The notes beneath the pieces were generated by a model. That model was not told the DNA's origin. It ran no database searches and was given only the letters and a program-made list of their open reading frames with translations. This document shows positions 30,509 through 39,070 of a DNA stretch of 42,996 nt, piece after piece. This DNA comes from a virus, in IMG/VR virus record IMGVR_UViG_3300029131_000011, positions 1 through 42,996 of that record. One strand, given 5' to 3'. How positions within the stretch are numbered: the first letter of the stretch is position 1; each line of letters begins with the position of its first letter. The translations under genes were made by a program, and so were the position numbers.

Positions 30509-31147
30509 ATGAAAGCATTGAAAAGAACCTTGTTATTCCTTGTTGTCTTCTTTGCATCGTTTCTTTTGATCCTAATTGTAGGAGTTGCTACAACGCCAGA
30601 AGGCCAAGAAACTATGCCGGTATGGGTTGGCGTTGCCCTTATAGCAATACCTATCCCATTAGGGATTCTGGCCGTTAATAAAGCCGTACCGCAGACTTAT
30701 GACGAAAAGATTAAAATCCAAACAGTAAAGTGCAAGCTACAACTTGTCGGCGGGCTTGACCTTGCAGCGGGGTCTATTTGCTCCGCCGTGTGCTCCCCAG
30801 AATCTATTTCATTTTCAGCGAGCGGACAAACATTTACGCTTTCGCCAGAAAAACTAATCGATGTGTCTGTTATGACACCGCAGGAGATCCAGACACAATA
30901 CGTTTCAAGCGTCGGCGGCGCAATCGCGGGCGGTATTTTACTCGGCCCAATCGGCGCGGCGCTTGGAGGGTCAGCGCAGAAGAAGAAAACAAAAATTGTC
31001 CGTCAGTACCTTATATTTGCGTATCAGGCTGATCCAGAAGTTAAATACATTGTGTTTGACGTGACCTCTGCACCTCAGAACGGGAAGAAAATCAGCAAAA
31101 TTTATGCGTACTTAAAGAAAAATGAAAACAAGCAAGTCTCGCTTTAA
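30509..31147 (+). CDS. Reverse-oriented membrane protein moron inside the tail module (2 N-terminal TMs plus a Gly-zipper segment)
   Basis: SD GGGAGGG. LLFLVVFFASFLLILIVGV, VWVGVALIAIPIPLGILAV, VGGAIAGGILLGPIGAALGG. AT-richer than the flanks. Confidence 0.75.
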   Translation: MKALKRTLLFLVVFFASFLLILIVGVATTPEGQETMPVWVGVALIAIPIPLGILAVNKAVPQTYDEKIKIQTVKCKLQLVGGLDLAAGSICSAVCSPESISFSASGQTFTLSPEKLIDVSVMTPQEIQTQYVSSVGGAIAGGILLGPIGAALGGSAQKKKTKIVRQYLIFAYQADPEVKYIVFDVTSAPQNGKKISKIYAYLKKNENKQVSL

Positions 31148-31151
31148 TTTT

Positions 31152-31181
31152 AACCGGCTCATTCATGAGCCGGTTCTTTTT
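31152..31181 (+). terminator. Rho-independent terminator of the moron (aaccggctca-ttca-tgagccggtt-cttttttt)
   Basis: 10-bp perfect stem plus T-run. The stop codon of the convergent gene 31159.. lies at the end of the 5' stem arm. Confidence 0.75.
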
Positions 31182-31749
31182 TACCCAACCATGCACTAAG
31201 CGTATCCGCTTCTTCTTTCGAGACCTTTTTCGGGATATCGACCACATCTTTATTGCGTCGGTAAAATTCTCGGTCTGACTTGTCTAAGGGTTTTCCTTTC
31301 GCCTTTAGTTCTCGAATGCGGATGACTTGCGCAAAGAAGCAATCGCCAATTTCCATATAAGCAGACAAGAAAGTAAACCAGTGCGTACCGCCAGTGTTGG
31401 TATCTGGATCGTATTCGCTTTCGCGAATCTCTTTCCCAAGCACTCGGTTGACAGGGGAAACGATAAACTGAAAATCTTTCGCCCAATCAATGATCTCCGG
31501 CTCTTTCTTTTTATCATCAGGGTATTGCCCACCGTTGATAAACCAAAACAGCTGTTTGATCGCTTCGTCGTAGTCGGGAATTGAATCAAAGTCAACAAAG
31601 AAGAGACGAAGGGCGGTATAAGCTCGTTCTTCGTCGCTGAGTTCTTCATCGTCCAGAACCTCGAATATCGTCAGTATCACTCGAAAGTCATACCGAACGG
31701 CAAAGCTCTGCCCGCTGATCTCTACGCTTTTAGGAAGTCCGTAACTCAT
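31159..31749 (-). CDS. Gp15-family tail assembly protein
   Basis: FAVRYDFRVILTIFEVLDDEELSDEERAYTALRLFF resembles the bacteriophage Gp15 family. Position upstream of the tape measure. Confidence 0.55.
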   Translation of the reverse strand: MSYGLPKSVEISGQSFAVRYDFRVILTIFEVLDDEELSDEERAYTALRLFFVDFDSIPDYDEAIKQLFWFINGGQYPDDKKKEPEIIDWAKDFQFIVSPVNRVLGKEIRESEYDPDTNTGGTHWFTFLSAYMEIGDCFFAQVIRIRELKAKGKPLDKSDREFYRRNKDVVDIPKKVSKEEADTLSAWLGKKEPAHE

Positions 31750-31761
31750 ACCGCCCTCCGA

Positions 31762-32184
31762 TTAATGCTTCTGCACTTTGTCGATGTACTTTTTGATCCT
31801 CGGATTCGTGAATTTCTGTTCACGGGAGAACGTATTGTCGATTTCGTCCATTACAGCAAGCATGAAGTTACACCACACAGGGACACCCTCTGCCAGCGCA
31901 TAAACGTTCATTCCGCCAAAAAGATCATCTGCAATATGCGTACCAAAAACCGAGTCGATGATCTCGCGCATTTCCTTGTCGCGCTCACGGGCAAATTCAA
32001 AGATGAGCTTTTTGTCTCCCATCTTTTCGATCTGCGTTTTGTACCCTTCCTGCTTTTTGTCGAGGTCTTCAAAGGCAAGGTAGAGCCTTTCGACAAAGTT
32101 GCTGTCGGTAGGGTTAAACGACACCTCGCACTTCCCATTTACGGCGTAAGTTACAAGGCCGTCGCCAAAATTAAGTTCCTGCAT
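31762..32184 (-). CDS. Tail assembly chaperone
   Basis: 140 aa between the major tail and Gp15-like genes. SD AAGGAGG. Confidence 0.55.
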   Translation of the reverse strand: MQELNFGDGLVTYAVNGKCEVSFNPTDSNFVERLYLAFEDLDKKQEGYKTQIEKMGDKKLIFEFARERDKEMREIIDSVFGTHIADDLFGGMNVYALAEGVPVWCNFMLAVMDEIDNTFSREQKFTNPRIKKYIDKVQKH

Positions 32185-32195
32185 GATGTTCCTCC

Positions 32196-32720
32196 TTATT
32201 CGCCCTCGGTAAACGTAACCGTATTGCCAGAGATAGCGGCAGTGCCGACCGTGCGCGTGCCGCCAAGCGTCACGTCGATGGGCATACCGATAAAGCCGCC
32301 ACCCTCGCCGCCGAGGGAAGAGGGCTTAACCATGCAGGACGAATAGCGCTCCGCAAAAACAGCCGTATTCGCCGTACCTGCATAAGCGTGGACGATCAGC
32401 ACGTCCTGATTTGCCAGCGCCGCCGAGTTCTGCTCCTTGACCGCAAGATTCCAAACCTTGACGATGGCAGGGTCGCCAGCGTCCAGATCAGACGGGTCAA
32501 AGGTCTGAGTGATGATAGGTTTCTTCATGGTCGTGCGCGTCGTGCCAAGAATATCCTTCGAGGAATCCTCCTGCCAGTCGTATTCCATGCTGGAATCCGT
32601 GACGCGCGTGCCGAGGGGAGACCATGTAGGCGTGCCAGCTTCGCCCGTGTTGAGATACGCGATCAGAAGTTCGCGGTCTACGGTCTGCCCCGCCGTGGTG
32701 TTAAAGGTCATATCAGCCAT
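32196..32720 (-). CDS. Major tail protein
   Basis: 174 aa. Synteny (after the connector genes, before the chaperones). TFNTTAGQTVDRELLIAYLNTG...WSPLG pattern typical of siphovirus major tail proteins. Confidence 0.7.
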   Translation of the reverse strand: MADMTFNTTAGQTVDRELLIAYLNTGEAGTPTWSPLGTRVTDSSMEYDWQEDSSKDILGTTRTTMKKPIITQTFDPSDLDAGDPAIVKVWNLAVKEQNSAALANQDVLIVHAYAGTANTAVFAERYSSCMVKPSSLGGEGGGFIGMPIDVTLGGTRTVGTAAISGNTVTFTEGE

Positions 32721-33069
32721 TTTTAATCACCTCGTAGTTCATTTTCATAAGGATTTGATGATCCTCGTCACCGTTTTCATAAACGGCGAAAAGAGAGGAT
32801 CGCGTTGTCGGCTCAATGCGAATGACGCGCCGGCCGTCGCCAATGTCAGGCGGTGTTTCGTTTGCCGCCCAATCGCCCAAAGCATTGAGCAGCTCGTCAG
32901 CCTTGAGCCGTTTATCATTGCTGTTCCCCGGCTTCATGCGGTAAATGACCTTGAATTGGTATTCCGCCTGATACCCGCCGAGAATATATTTTCTGACGAT
33001 GTACGCCGCCTGAATCGTAGACAGCGCCATCGCCGGAGTATCGGCGGGAAGAAATTCGAACCGAATCAA
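32713..33069 (-). CDS. Head-tail joining / minor capsid-family protein; N-terminus uncertain
   Basis: ORF-track start is a TTG without an SD. The open frame continues upstream to 33174 and encodes a plausible VKKTVSAAEEDQVSRKLLAWLNTFPDKPVD. Confidence 0.55.
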   Translation of the reverse strand: MIRFEFLPADTPAMALSTIQAAYIVRKYILGGYQAEYQFKVIYRMKPGNSNDKRLKADELLNALGDWAANETPPDIGDGRRVIRIEPTTRSSLFAVYENGDEDHQILMKMNYEVIKNG

Positions 33070-33154
33070 ATCAACCGGCTTGTCAGGGAACGTGTTTAAC
33101 CACGCAAGCAGCTTTCGCGATACCTGGTCTTCTTCCGCTGCCGATACCGTCTTT

Positions 33155-33574
33155 TTAACCTGTTCCGTACTTCTTCACCGCCTTTTCTGCCACGCGCAAC
33201 CACTTATCAAGGTTCTGTGCTTTAGATGCTTCGCACCAATGGGCTTGAGCTTGTGGGTGCATCGTCTTGTTGAAAACCAAATTGCGGTCTGTGACAACCT
33301 TCGTGCCGCCTTTTGGCGCGTATGTGCTACCGGTGTTTGGGTCAACCATCACTTTCCCGTAATACAGGAAACGGGCATACGGACCGGGGTAAATAACGGC
33401 GCTTCCGTCTACTCTTGTGCGCTGCGTTAATGAGCCTGTGAGCATCGGCACAAAAGGTTGCGTGTCTTTCTCCATCTGCTCGGCTAAGACGTGCTCTGCG
33501 CGCGTACAAGCCTTTGCAATGGCGGTTCTGACAGCGTCCATCCCGTCGGTATGCACGGAAAACTTGATGCCCAT
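33155..33574 (-). CDS. Head-tail connector (minor capsid 2 / HK97 gp10-like) protein
   Basis: FVPMLTGSL......V.YPGPYARFLYYG ... HPQAQAHW pattern. TAATG overlap upstream. Confidence 0.6.
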   Translation of the reverse strand: MGIKFSVHTDGMDAVRTAIAKACTRAEHVLAEQMEKDTQPFVPMLTGSLTQRTRVDGSAVIYPGPYARFLYYGKVMVDPNTGSTYAPKGGTKVVTDRNLVFNKTMHPQAQAHWCEASKAQNLDKWLRVAEKAVKKYGTG

Positions 33575-34023
33575 TACGCACCCCCGACTTCCCAGTGCTG
33601 CATATCGGCGCTACCGTAGTCCATTGCATCAACCTTCGTCACGTTGTAGCAATCATCATGGCTCAGCACGACGGTCATGTTGTCCGACACGAATTCGCCC
33701 TTTACAAAGCACGTCATGCCGCCGTTACCCTTGTATGAGAGCGTCCATAGGTTAGACTTGTCCGCCGCTTTGAAAAACGATTGCGGGCCGATGTAGGATT
33801 TTGGTTTACCTGTTACCCCGTCCACCGCTTCCGCGGAGAACGGGATATACAGATTTACAGCGTCAGCACCTTCAAGGCCGCTTTCGCGCACGTTCACGCC
33901 TTTAGACGCTTGGAGCATCACACCGCGCAATATCGTGGTGTAGACCTTTTCGACCTCATCAAGAGTTGTCGGGTCGATCTCCTGCACGACGTTGTAAATC
34001 GTTACAGTGTGGGGAGCGTACAT
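33574..34023 (-). CDS. Head closure / connector protein
   Basis: 149 aa. SD GGAGGTGG. Synteny. Confidence 0.5.
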   Translation of the reverse strand: MYAPHTVTIYNVVQEIDPTTLDEVEKVYTTILRGVMLQASKGVNVRESGLEGADAVNLYIPFSAEAVDGVTGKPKSYIGPQSFFKAADKSNLWTLSYKGNGGMTCFVKGEFVSDNMTVVLSHDDCYNVTKVDAMDYGSADMQHWEVGGA

Positions 34024-34439
34024 CTACAACCACCTCCGCGATACAGCAGCCCGGTATGTGCAAGGTATTTCATGCACGTTTCTGCCAGAAGTTTCTTTGC
34101 CCCGTCCGTCGCATTGAGGGCAGACAAAGCAGATTCCCCGCTTGTTGCAAGCGTTCTGGAGCAACTGCCTACCGTTTCGCTTTTTACTTCCGCATCATTT
34201 GCCGCAGCATTTGCAAGGTCCTTCACGGCAAGCGCCTGCGCTGATTCAATGACGGCGTACTTGTCAATCAGCGCGCAGCAGCACATCTTTACCGCGTCCA
34301 GATCGGCGTTGTCTTGTGCTTTATTGCGCGTGTAGTAGTCGAGGAAGGAGCTGGCGCGGACAACAAGACGCGGGAAGTCATTTTCACTCACGGCGCCCAT
34401 ATAGGTACCGGTGTAGTATGTATAATCAGCGTATGTCAT
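34002..34439 (-). CDS. Head-tail connector (gp6-like) protein
   Basis: MTYADYTYYTGTYMG..SENDFPRL..RASSFLDYYT is typical of head-tail connector proteins located after the capsid gene. Confidence 0.55.
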   Translation of the reverse strand: MTYADYTYYTGTYMGAVSENDFPRLVVRASSFLDYYTRNKAQDNADLDAVKMCCCALIDKYAVIESAQALAVKDLANAAANDAEVKSETVGSCSRTLATSGESALSALNATDGAKKLLAETCMKYLAHTGLLYRGGGCRCTLPTL

Positions 34440-34459
34440 ACGGGTCAGCTCCTTTCAGA

Positions 34460-35671
34460 TTAAGAAACGGTAACAGTGGCAGTGCCGGTCTTCGTGCTGT
34501 CCTGCTTGGACTTGGCCGTAACGGTGATACTGGTCTTAGTCTCAGCGGAGTCGATAGTCAGCAAGCCGTCTTCGCTGATCTTGGACTTCGTGCCATTCTG
34601 GCTCCACTCGACCTCGCCGTTGATAATGCCCTCGCCGGTAACAGCAGCCGTAAACGACTTGCTGTCGCCCTTTGCCATCGTCGCGGTAGCGGGCGATACG
34701 GTAACAGCAGAGATGTCGCCGCCCTTGCCGTAAACAGAGAAGGGGAAGGGGTTGACCTTGTCCACGTTGTAGGCGTTGACGGGATTCGCGATCTCCCAGC
34801 CGAGACGCATGACCGCACGGAGAGCGACCATATCGTTCTGCATGAGGTTGTAGGTGATTGCCTTGGTAGCAGGGTCCTGAATAACGCCCTCAGTGAAGAT
34901 CTTGAAAGTCATGTCCTGACGAATGGCATAGACAAGTTGGCTCCAATCGCCGACGATCATCTGAGCCTGCGCAGGGTCAAATGCACCGTTCATGGGAAAG
35001 TACATATCCATGCCGTCAAGACCGTAGCGGGTGGCGCCCTGCATATCGGACTTGAAAATGGGCTGGCCAGTGGTGTCCTTCAAACCGCGCAGCTTACCGC
35101 GCATCTGGATGGCGGACATGACGCCGTTGGGGTTAAAGCCGTCCAGCTCCACCTTGGCGATCAGCCCGTTCTCGCCCATGATATCGTCAAAGACGCTGGT
35201 CCCGACGGGCACACCGTTACCGGCAGCGATAGCAGCGGGCACAACGCCAGTGCGCCAAGTGCTGGGTTTGTTGGTGCCGAACAGGATAGCCGCGTCAATG
35301 ACCTTGCCGAAAGCCTCGGTCAGACGGGGCTTGACCTCGCCCCAAATGTCATAGTCCGCATCATCGAGTGCCGCCTCGGGAATGGGGACAATGACTGCGA
35401 TCTCCTCGGCGTACAGTTTCTTCTTGTCCCACGCCATCTTGGTGGTCTGCTTGAATGCCTCACCTGCGCCGCCGTCAGTGGCTTCGCCATTGACAAAATA
35501 CGCAGAGGGGAGCGCGTCAAGCACGTTGATGGTCTGCGTCTTGCTGGACATATTCGCCAGACGACGGCCCATGCGCAGGACAGCGGATTCCGCGATAGCG
35601 CCCTGCATGATCTCGCGGGTTACGGGTTCCGGAATAAGTCCGGAAAGTGCGGAACGATCAATAGTTGCCAT
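34460..35671 (-). CDS. Major capsid protein with a C-terminal Ig-like (Big_2-type) domain
   Basis: 403 aa after the scaffold gene. C-terminal VTVSPATATMAKGDSKSFTAAVTG....V.WSQNGTKSKISEDGLLT is an Ig-like pattern. Confidence 0.8.
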   Translation of the reverse strand: MATIDRSALSGLIPEPVTREIMQGAIAESAVLRMGRRLANMSSKTQTINVLDALPSAYFVNGEATDGGAGEAFKQTTKMAWDKKKLYAEEIAVIVPIPEAALDDADYDIWGEVKPRLTEAFGKVIDAAILFGTNKPSTWRTGVVPAAIAAGNGVPVGTSVFDDIMGENGLIAKVELDGFNPNGVMSAIQMRGKLRGLKDTTGQPIFKSDMQGATRYGLDGMDMYFPMNGAFDPAQAQMIVGDWSQLVYAIRQDMTFKIFTEGVIQDPATKAITYNLMQNDMVALRAVMRLGWEIANPVNAYNVDKVNPFPFSVYGKGGDISAVTVSPATATMAKGDSKSFTAAVTGEGIINGEVEWSQNGTKSKISEDGLLTIDSAETKTSITVTAKSKQDSTKTGTATVTVS

Positions 35672-35689
35672 GTTGTAATCTCCTTTTCG

Positions 35690-36187
35690 TTACTTGAGTG
35701 CGCCGCGGATCAGATTGTTCATCGCGGCATTATTTGCATTCGGTTTGTCGCCGCCGCCCACAGGAGCCGTCCAGTCAAACTTGACTTTCTGACGATTTTC
35801 CGTGAGCTTATCAACGGCCTGCTCAAAAGTGGTCTTGTCGTCCATCATCCTGAGAGCCTTAAACGCGATAAACTCCGCTTCCTCGCCGGTTAGCCCCTTG
35901 GAAAGCACATACTTCTCGCGCTTGAGCTGCTGAACTTCGGCCTGCGCTGCGGTCAGGGCGGACTTGTTATCCGCAAACTCCTTTTCGCGCTTTGCCTGCC
36001 GCTCCTGCTCGGTCTGCTGACTGTCTTTCCATGTGCGATACGCGGTCATCTCGTCCTCGCTGGGGTACTTTCTCCGTTCCCGGTCAAGCCTCGCCTGAAT
36101 CATCTTGTCAACATCAGCCTGAGTGAACGTCTTTTCCTGCTCTTGCGCAGTCGTTCCCGTGCTCTGCACGGTGGTTTCTTCTGCCAT
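35690..36187 (-). CDS. Capsid scaffolding protein
   Basis: 165 aa, charged and helical, FTQADVDKMIQARLDRERRK. Immediately upstream of the capsid gene. Confidence 0.7.
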   Translation of the reverse strand: MAEETTVQSTGTTAQEQEKTFTQADVDKMIQARLDRERRKYPSEDEMTAYRTWKDSQQTEQERQAKREKEFADNKSALTAAQAEVQQLKREKYVLSKGLTGEEAEFIAFKALRMMDDKTTFEQAVDKLTENRQKVKFDWTAPVGGGDKPNANNAAMNNLIRGALK

Positions 36188-36227
36188 AAAAATCTCCTTG
36201 TTTAACGACCTGTCGGTCAGTGTTGAT

Positions 36228-36271
36228 AAAACAAAAGAGCCAACCTGTAAGCGTTCCTTACAAGTTGGCTC
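36228..36271 (-). terminator. Rho-independent terminator (gagccaac...gttggctc stem with inner ctgtaag/cttaca, then uuuuguuuu on the minus strand)
   Basis: Read on the minus strand, between the morphogenesis genes and the scaffold gene. Confidence 0.6.
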
Positions 36272-36291
36272 CTATTGCCCTTTCCCGCGCC

Positions 36292-36429
36292 CTATTGCGC
36301 GGGAGTGCTATATTTAATTGTTTTCTTCACCTCTAAGACAATGTACCCATCGCCTTTTCGTCGTATCTCTGCATCGTTGCCGCGCTTTAGAATAGCTTGC
36401 ACGGCCTTGATGGCTTCGTCAAAGTTCAA
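36292..36429 (-). CDS. Small ORF (45 aa, below the ORF-track cutoff)
   Basis: TTG start in a TTGA overlap with the upstream stop. (M)NFDEAIKAVQAILKRGNDAEIRRKGDGYIVLEVKKTIKYSTPAQ. The stop sits in the loop of hairpin 36284..36303. Confidence 0.45.
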   Translation of the reverse strand: MNFDEAIKAVQAILKRGNDAEIRRKGDGYIVLEVKKTIKYSTPAQ

Positions 36430-37628
36430 TATTGCATCTTCGTCCTTTCCCACTGTTCAGGCAGCCCCGCAGCCTCGCTGAACGCCTTGTATTTCGCGTT
36501 TAACCGCCGTAGCCGTATGTTTACCGCCCGTTCTTTTTCCGTCAATCCTGCGGCCTTGTAAGCGGCTTTCTCGCGCTTTAGATTACGGATTGTCCGCTCT
36601 ACGCGCCGTTGCATCTGTGTTGCTTCGTATGCGGTGTATGTTTTCCCCTCAAAAGTGCAGCCGAGCCCATCGTCGATATGCTCAAGCTGCTTATCGGTAT
36701 AGGTGCGCTCCATAACTCCTTCAACAAACGCCGACCAGCTATGCCGACAATTTGCTCCAAGAATACCGGTCACATCTCCAATGCCGCATGTGCTTTCAAA
36801 ATCTGGATATTCCCCTTTTGACGCGTCGGGGTATTTCTTTGTAAATTCAGCCCATCGATACAGTTTGCCTTGCCATTTTTTGTGGTTTTCCCACCCTTTA
36901 GGCCCATCGATATCACGCGCTCCGGCGTGCGCCTCTACTTGCACAAGGTCGGTTTGCAAAAAGTCCATAGACTGTTCCGAGTATTTACGGTTTAGCTGAT
37001 TTACCGCCGTCATAACCGCGCGGCGGGCAGCCACATCGATCTGGTCGCGGTGTCCGCTCTCATAATCCACGACTTTTAGGCCGCTTTGCGCCAACTGACG
37101 CACCGCCGATTTGATAGCCTGATTGTAGCTGATAGCGCCGCTCTGGATTTGCATTGTAGCGTTATCCAGCGCCCATTGGTATGCTTTGGCAGGTGACAGC
37201 ATTGTGCGCCCAGCGTCCACTAAAAAGCCCATTGATCGCGTTATATTGCGCATTGTTTGCTTTGTCTGCTCGTATATTGCCCAAGTATCTTCTACGCTTA
37301 CCAGCGTTTCCGGCTGCGTGATGTGCGCAAGGTCAATAAGCTCGGTGTAATACTTCTGGTTGCGTTCCACAACATCGTCAAGCAGCTCATTCAACTTCGT
37401 TTCACTGATACCGGAAGTTTTGCGAATTGCTTTCTCAATCTCTTTTAGGTCGATGCCATGTGAGCGAAGCACGCGAATGTCTTGCACGGTTACTTCGTTC
37501 AGTTGGTCTGACGCTTTGAGACGGGAGCAGATTTCTTCCAGCAGCGTGATTTCAAGCGCACGTAACAATTCTGTCAATTCTTCCGGCATTGCGTCAAGCA
37601 GGTCTGGGCTAAAAGGGTAAGGCCGCAT
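36426..37628 (-). CDS. Minor capsid / head morphogenesis protein (SPP1 gp7 / minor capsid 2 family)
   Basis: 400 aa directly after the portal gene. DVAARRAVMTAVNQ...GANCRHS motif. Confidence 0.75.
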   Translation of the reverse strand: MRPYPFSPDLLDAMPEELTELLRALEITLLEEICSRLKASDQLNEVTVQDIRVLRSHGIDLKEIEKAIRKTSGISETKLNELLDDVVERNQKYYTELIDLAHITQPETLVSVEDTWAIYEQTKQTMRNITRSMGFLVDAGRTMLSPAKAYQWALDNATMQIQSGAISYNQAIKSAVRQLAQSGLKVVDYESGHRDQIDVAARRAVMTAVNQLNRKYSEQSMDFLQTDLVQVEAHAGARDIDGPKGWENHKKWQGKLYRWAEFTKKYPDASKGEYPDFESTCGIGDVTGILGANCRHSWSAFVEGVMERTYTDKQLEHIDDGLGCTFEGKTYTAYEATQMQRRVERTIRNLKREKAAYKAAGLTEKERAVNIRLRRLNAKYKAFSEAAGLPEQWERTKMQY

Positions 37629-37639
37629 ACGCCGTCACC

Positions 37640-39070
37640 TCACTCAATCTCTTCTTCCGGCTCTTTTGTCATGGCCTGCATCTTCGGAAGCTCCGCCTTT
37701 GCGGTTTCCTCGTCCTCGTTTTTGTACGTCATGCGCATTTCATAATCGTTGAGGATCCCAGCAGACAAAAGCTGCATATCGCGCGCAAACTCAGCGTCTT
37801 TGTCCTGGAAAATACTGTCGTCAAAATCAATACTAATTTCAATATTTTCATCCAGTCCGGCGTTCATGGTCGTATTGCCCAGTCGGAGGAGAACCCTACA
37901 AAGTTCAACAAGCACCTGCTCCAAGATGATCTGGTGCTTTCCTCGCGTCTTTGCAAGCTCACTGTGCGTACTGATAACCTGCGTCGCAGTCGCCATTACG
38001 GCTTGGTCGATCTGATAAAAGTTCGTGCCAAAGCCGCACTTGCTCCCCAAGATATTAAGCGCGAACTGAACCCCGACACTTAACTTATCGGAGTTAAGTG
38101 TCATGTCGATTGGCTGAATAACCGCCCCATCGCTTACATCTTCTGGCATAACGTAGTACACAAGATCGTTTTCATCAAACGCCGGTGTACCATCAAGAAA
38201 TTTACTCGCCGCAGGCTTAACCATAATGCGTTTTTTGCCCATCACGAACTCATTGATGTAAGCATCATAGGCAATATCGGCACCTTCGAGTGCATCGATA
38301 GCATTGGCATAAACCGAAATGCCGGTTGGAAGCAAATAGTTGAAGTTATTCGCAATGTTAAGTCGGTCAATGACAAATTGACGCTTATCGCTTCCGGTAT
38401 GTACAACAGGGGGGATGCGCTCAAAGCCCTTAACATTGGTCAGTGCTTCGTCTGCAAGTTGCTCATTATCATACCGATAAATGCGGTTCTCAATGACGTA
38501 TTCGCCGCCATCCTCTTTTCTATGGATTTGCAGATAGAGGTAATCGCGCCCGCCCCTTGTAATTACAGAGGAAAACGCGCACTCGCTGATATATCCGTTC
38601 TGCCATGCCAGCGGGTAGATATTTTCGATAGTCACATAGTCCAGCACAATGCCGGATGTATTGCCGGGTACGATCTCGCCGCTCTCGTTGACCTCCTGCC
38701 CCACTACGCGGGGAATGTATGCCACCGTGCCAAGCGCAGACTTCATTTCCTGCATCTCATTCGCCTTAACAGCAAAATTGTTCTCCGTCAAGATGCGGTC
38801 AATAAATTCCTGCTCCTTATTCCCTTCAAGCGTTATCTGCACTTTTTCGTTCATGAGCAGATTCGCCCAATCCTCGCACAGTTTCTTTCCCATTCCAAGG
38901 GAATACCGCTTGCAGTTGACCATGCTTTCACCGTTACGGACGCGGTAATTGTGGAAGCCCTTTACATTTCCCTGATACCAGCTTTTCCACTCCGCAACCT
39001 TGCTGTAAAACGATTCGGGGATCGTGGTATAGCCAAGCTCGTTAAGTTTTAAGATAACTGCATTGCTCAT
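37640..39070 (-). CDS. Portal protein
   Basis: 476 aa. ATGA overlap with the TerL stop. Acidic C-terminus. Synteny. Confidence 0.85.
   Translation of the reverse strand: MSNAVILKLNELGYTTIPESFYSKVAEWKSWYQGNVKGFHNYRVRNGESMVNCKRYSLGMGKKLCEDWANLLMNEKVQITLEGNKEQEFIDRILTENNFAVKANEMQEMKSALGTVAYIPRVVGQEVNESGEIVPGNTSGIVLDYVTIENIYPLAWQNGYISECAFSSVITRGGRDYLYLQIHRKEDGGEYVIENRIYRYDNEQLADEALTNVKGFERIPPVVHTGSDKRQFVIDRLNIANNFNYLLPTGISVYANAIDALEGADIAYDAYINEFVMGKKRIMVKPAASKFLDGTPAFDENDLVYYVMPEDVSDGAVIQPIDMTLNSDKLSVGVQFALNILGSKCGFGTNFYQIDQAVMATATQVISTHSELAKTRGKHQIILEQVLVELCRVLLRLGNTTMNAGLDENIEISIDFDDSIFQDKDAEFARDMQLLSAGILNDYEMRMTYKNEDEETAKAELPKMQAMTKEPEEEIE

Noticed and set aside
31740-31800. Expected programmed -1 frameshift between the two tail assembly chaperone genes
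   Set aside because: The upstream gene ends with TAA at 31762. The downstream gene has its own GGAGGG SD and an ATG 12 nt later. There is no overlap or slippery heptamer, so they are called as separate genes.
34316-35893. 525-aa plus-strand ORF, the longest plus-strand ORF in the track
   Set aside because: It is entirely antisense to the major capsid and scaffold genes, which have strong SDs, synteny and recognisable domains. Its own translation is low-complexity, with no start context.
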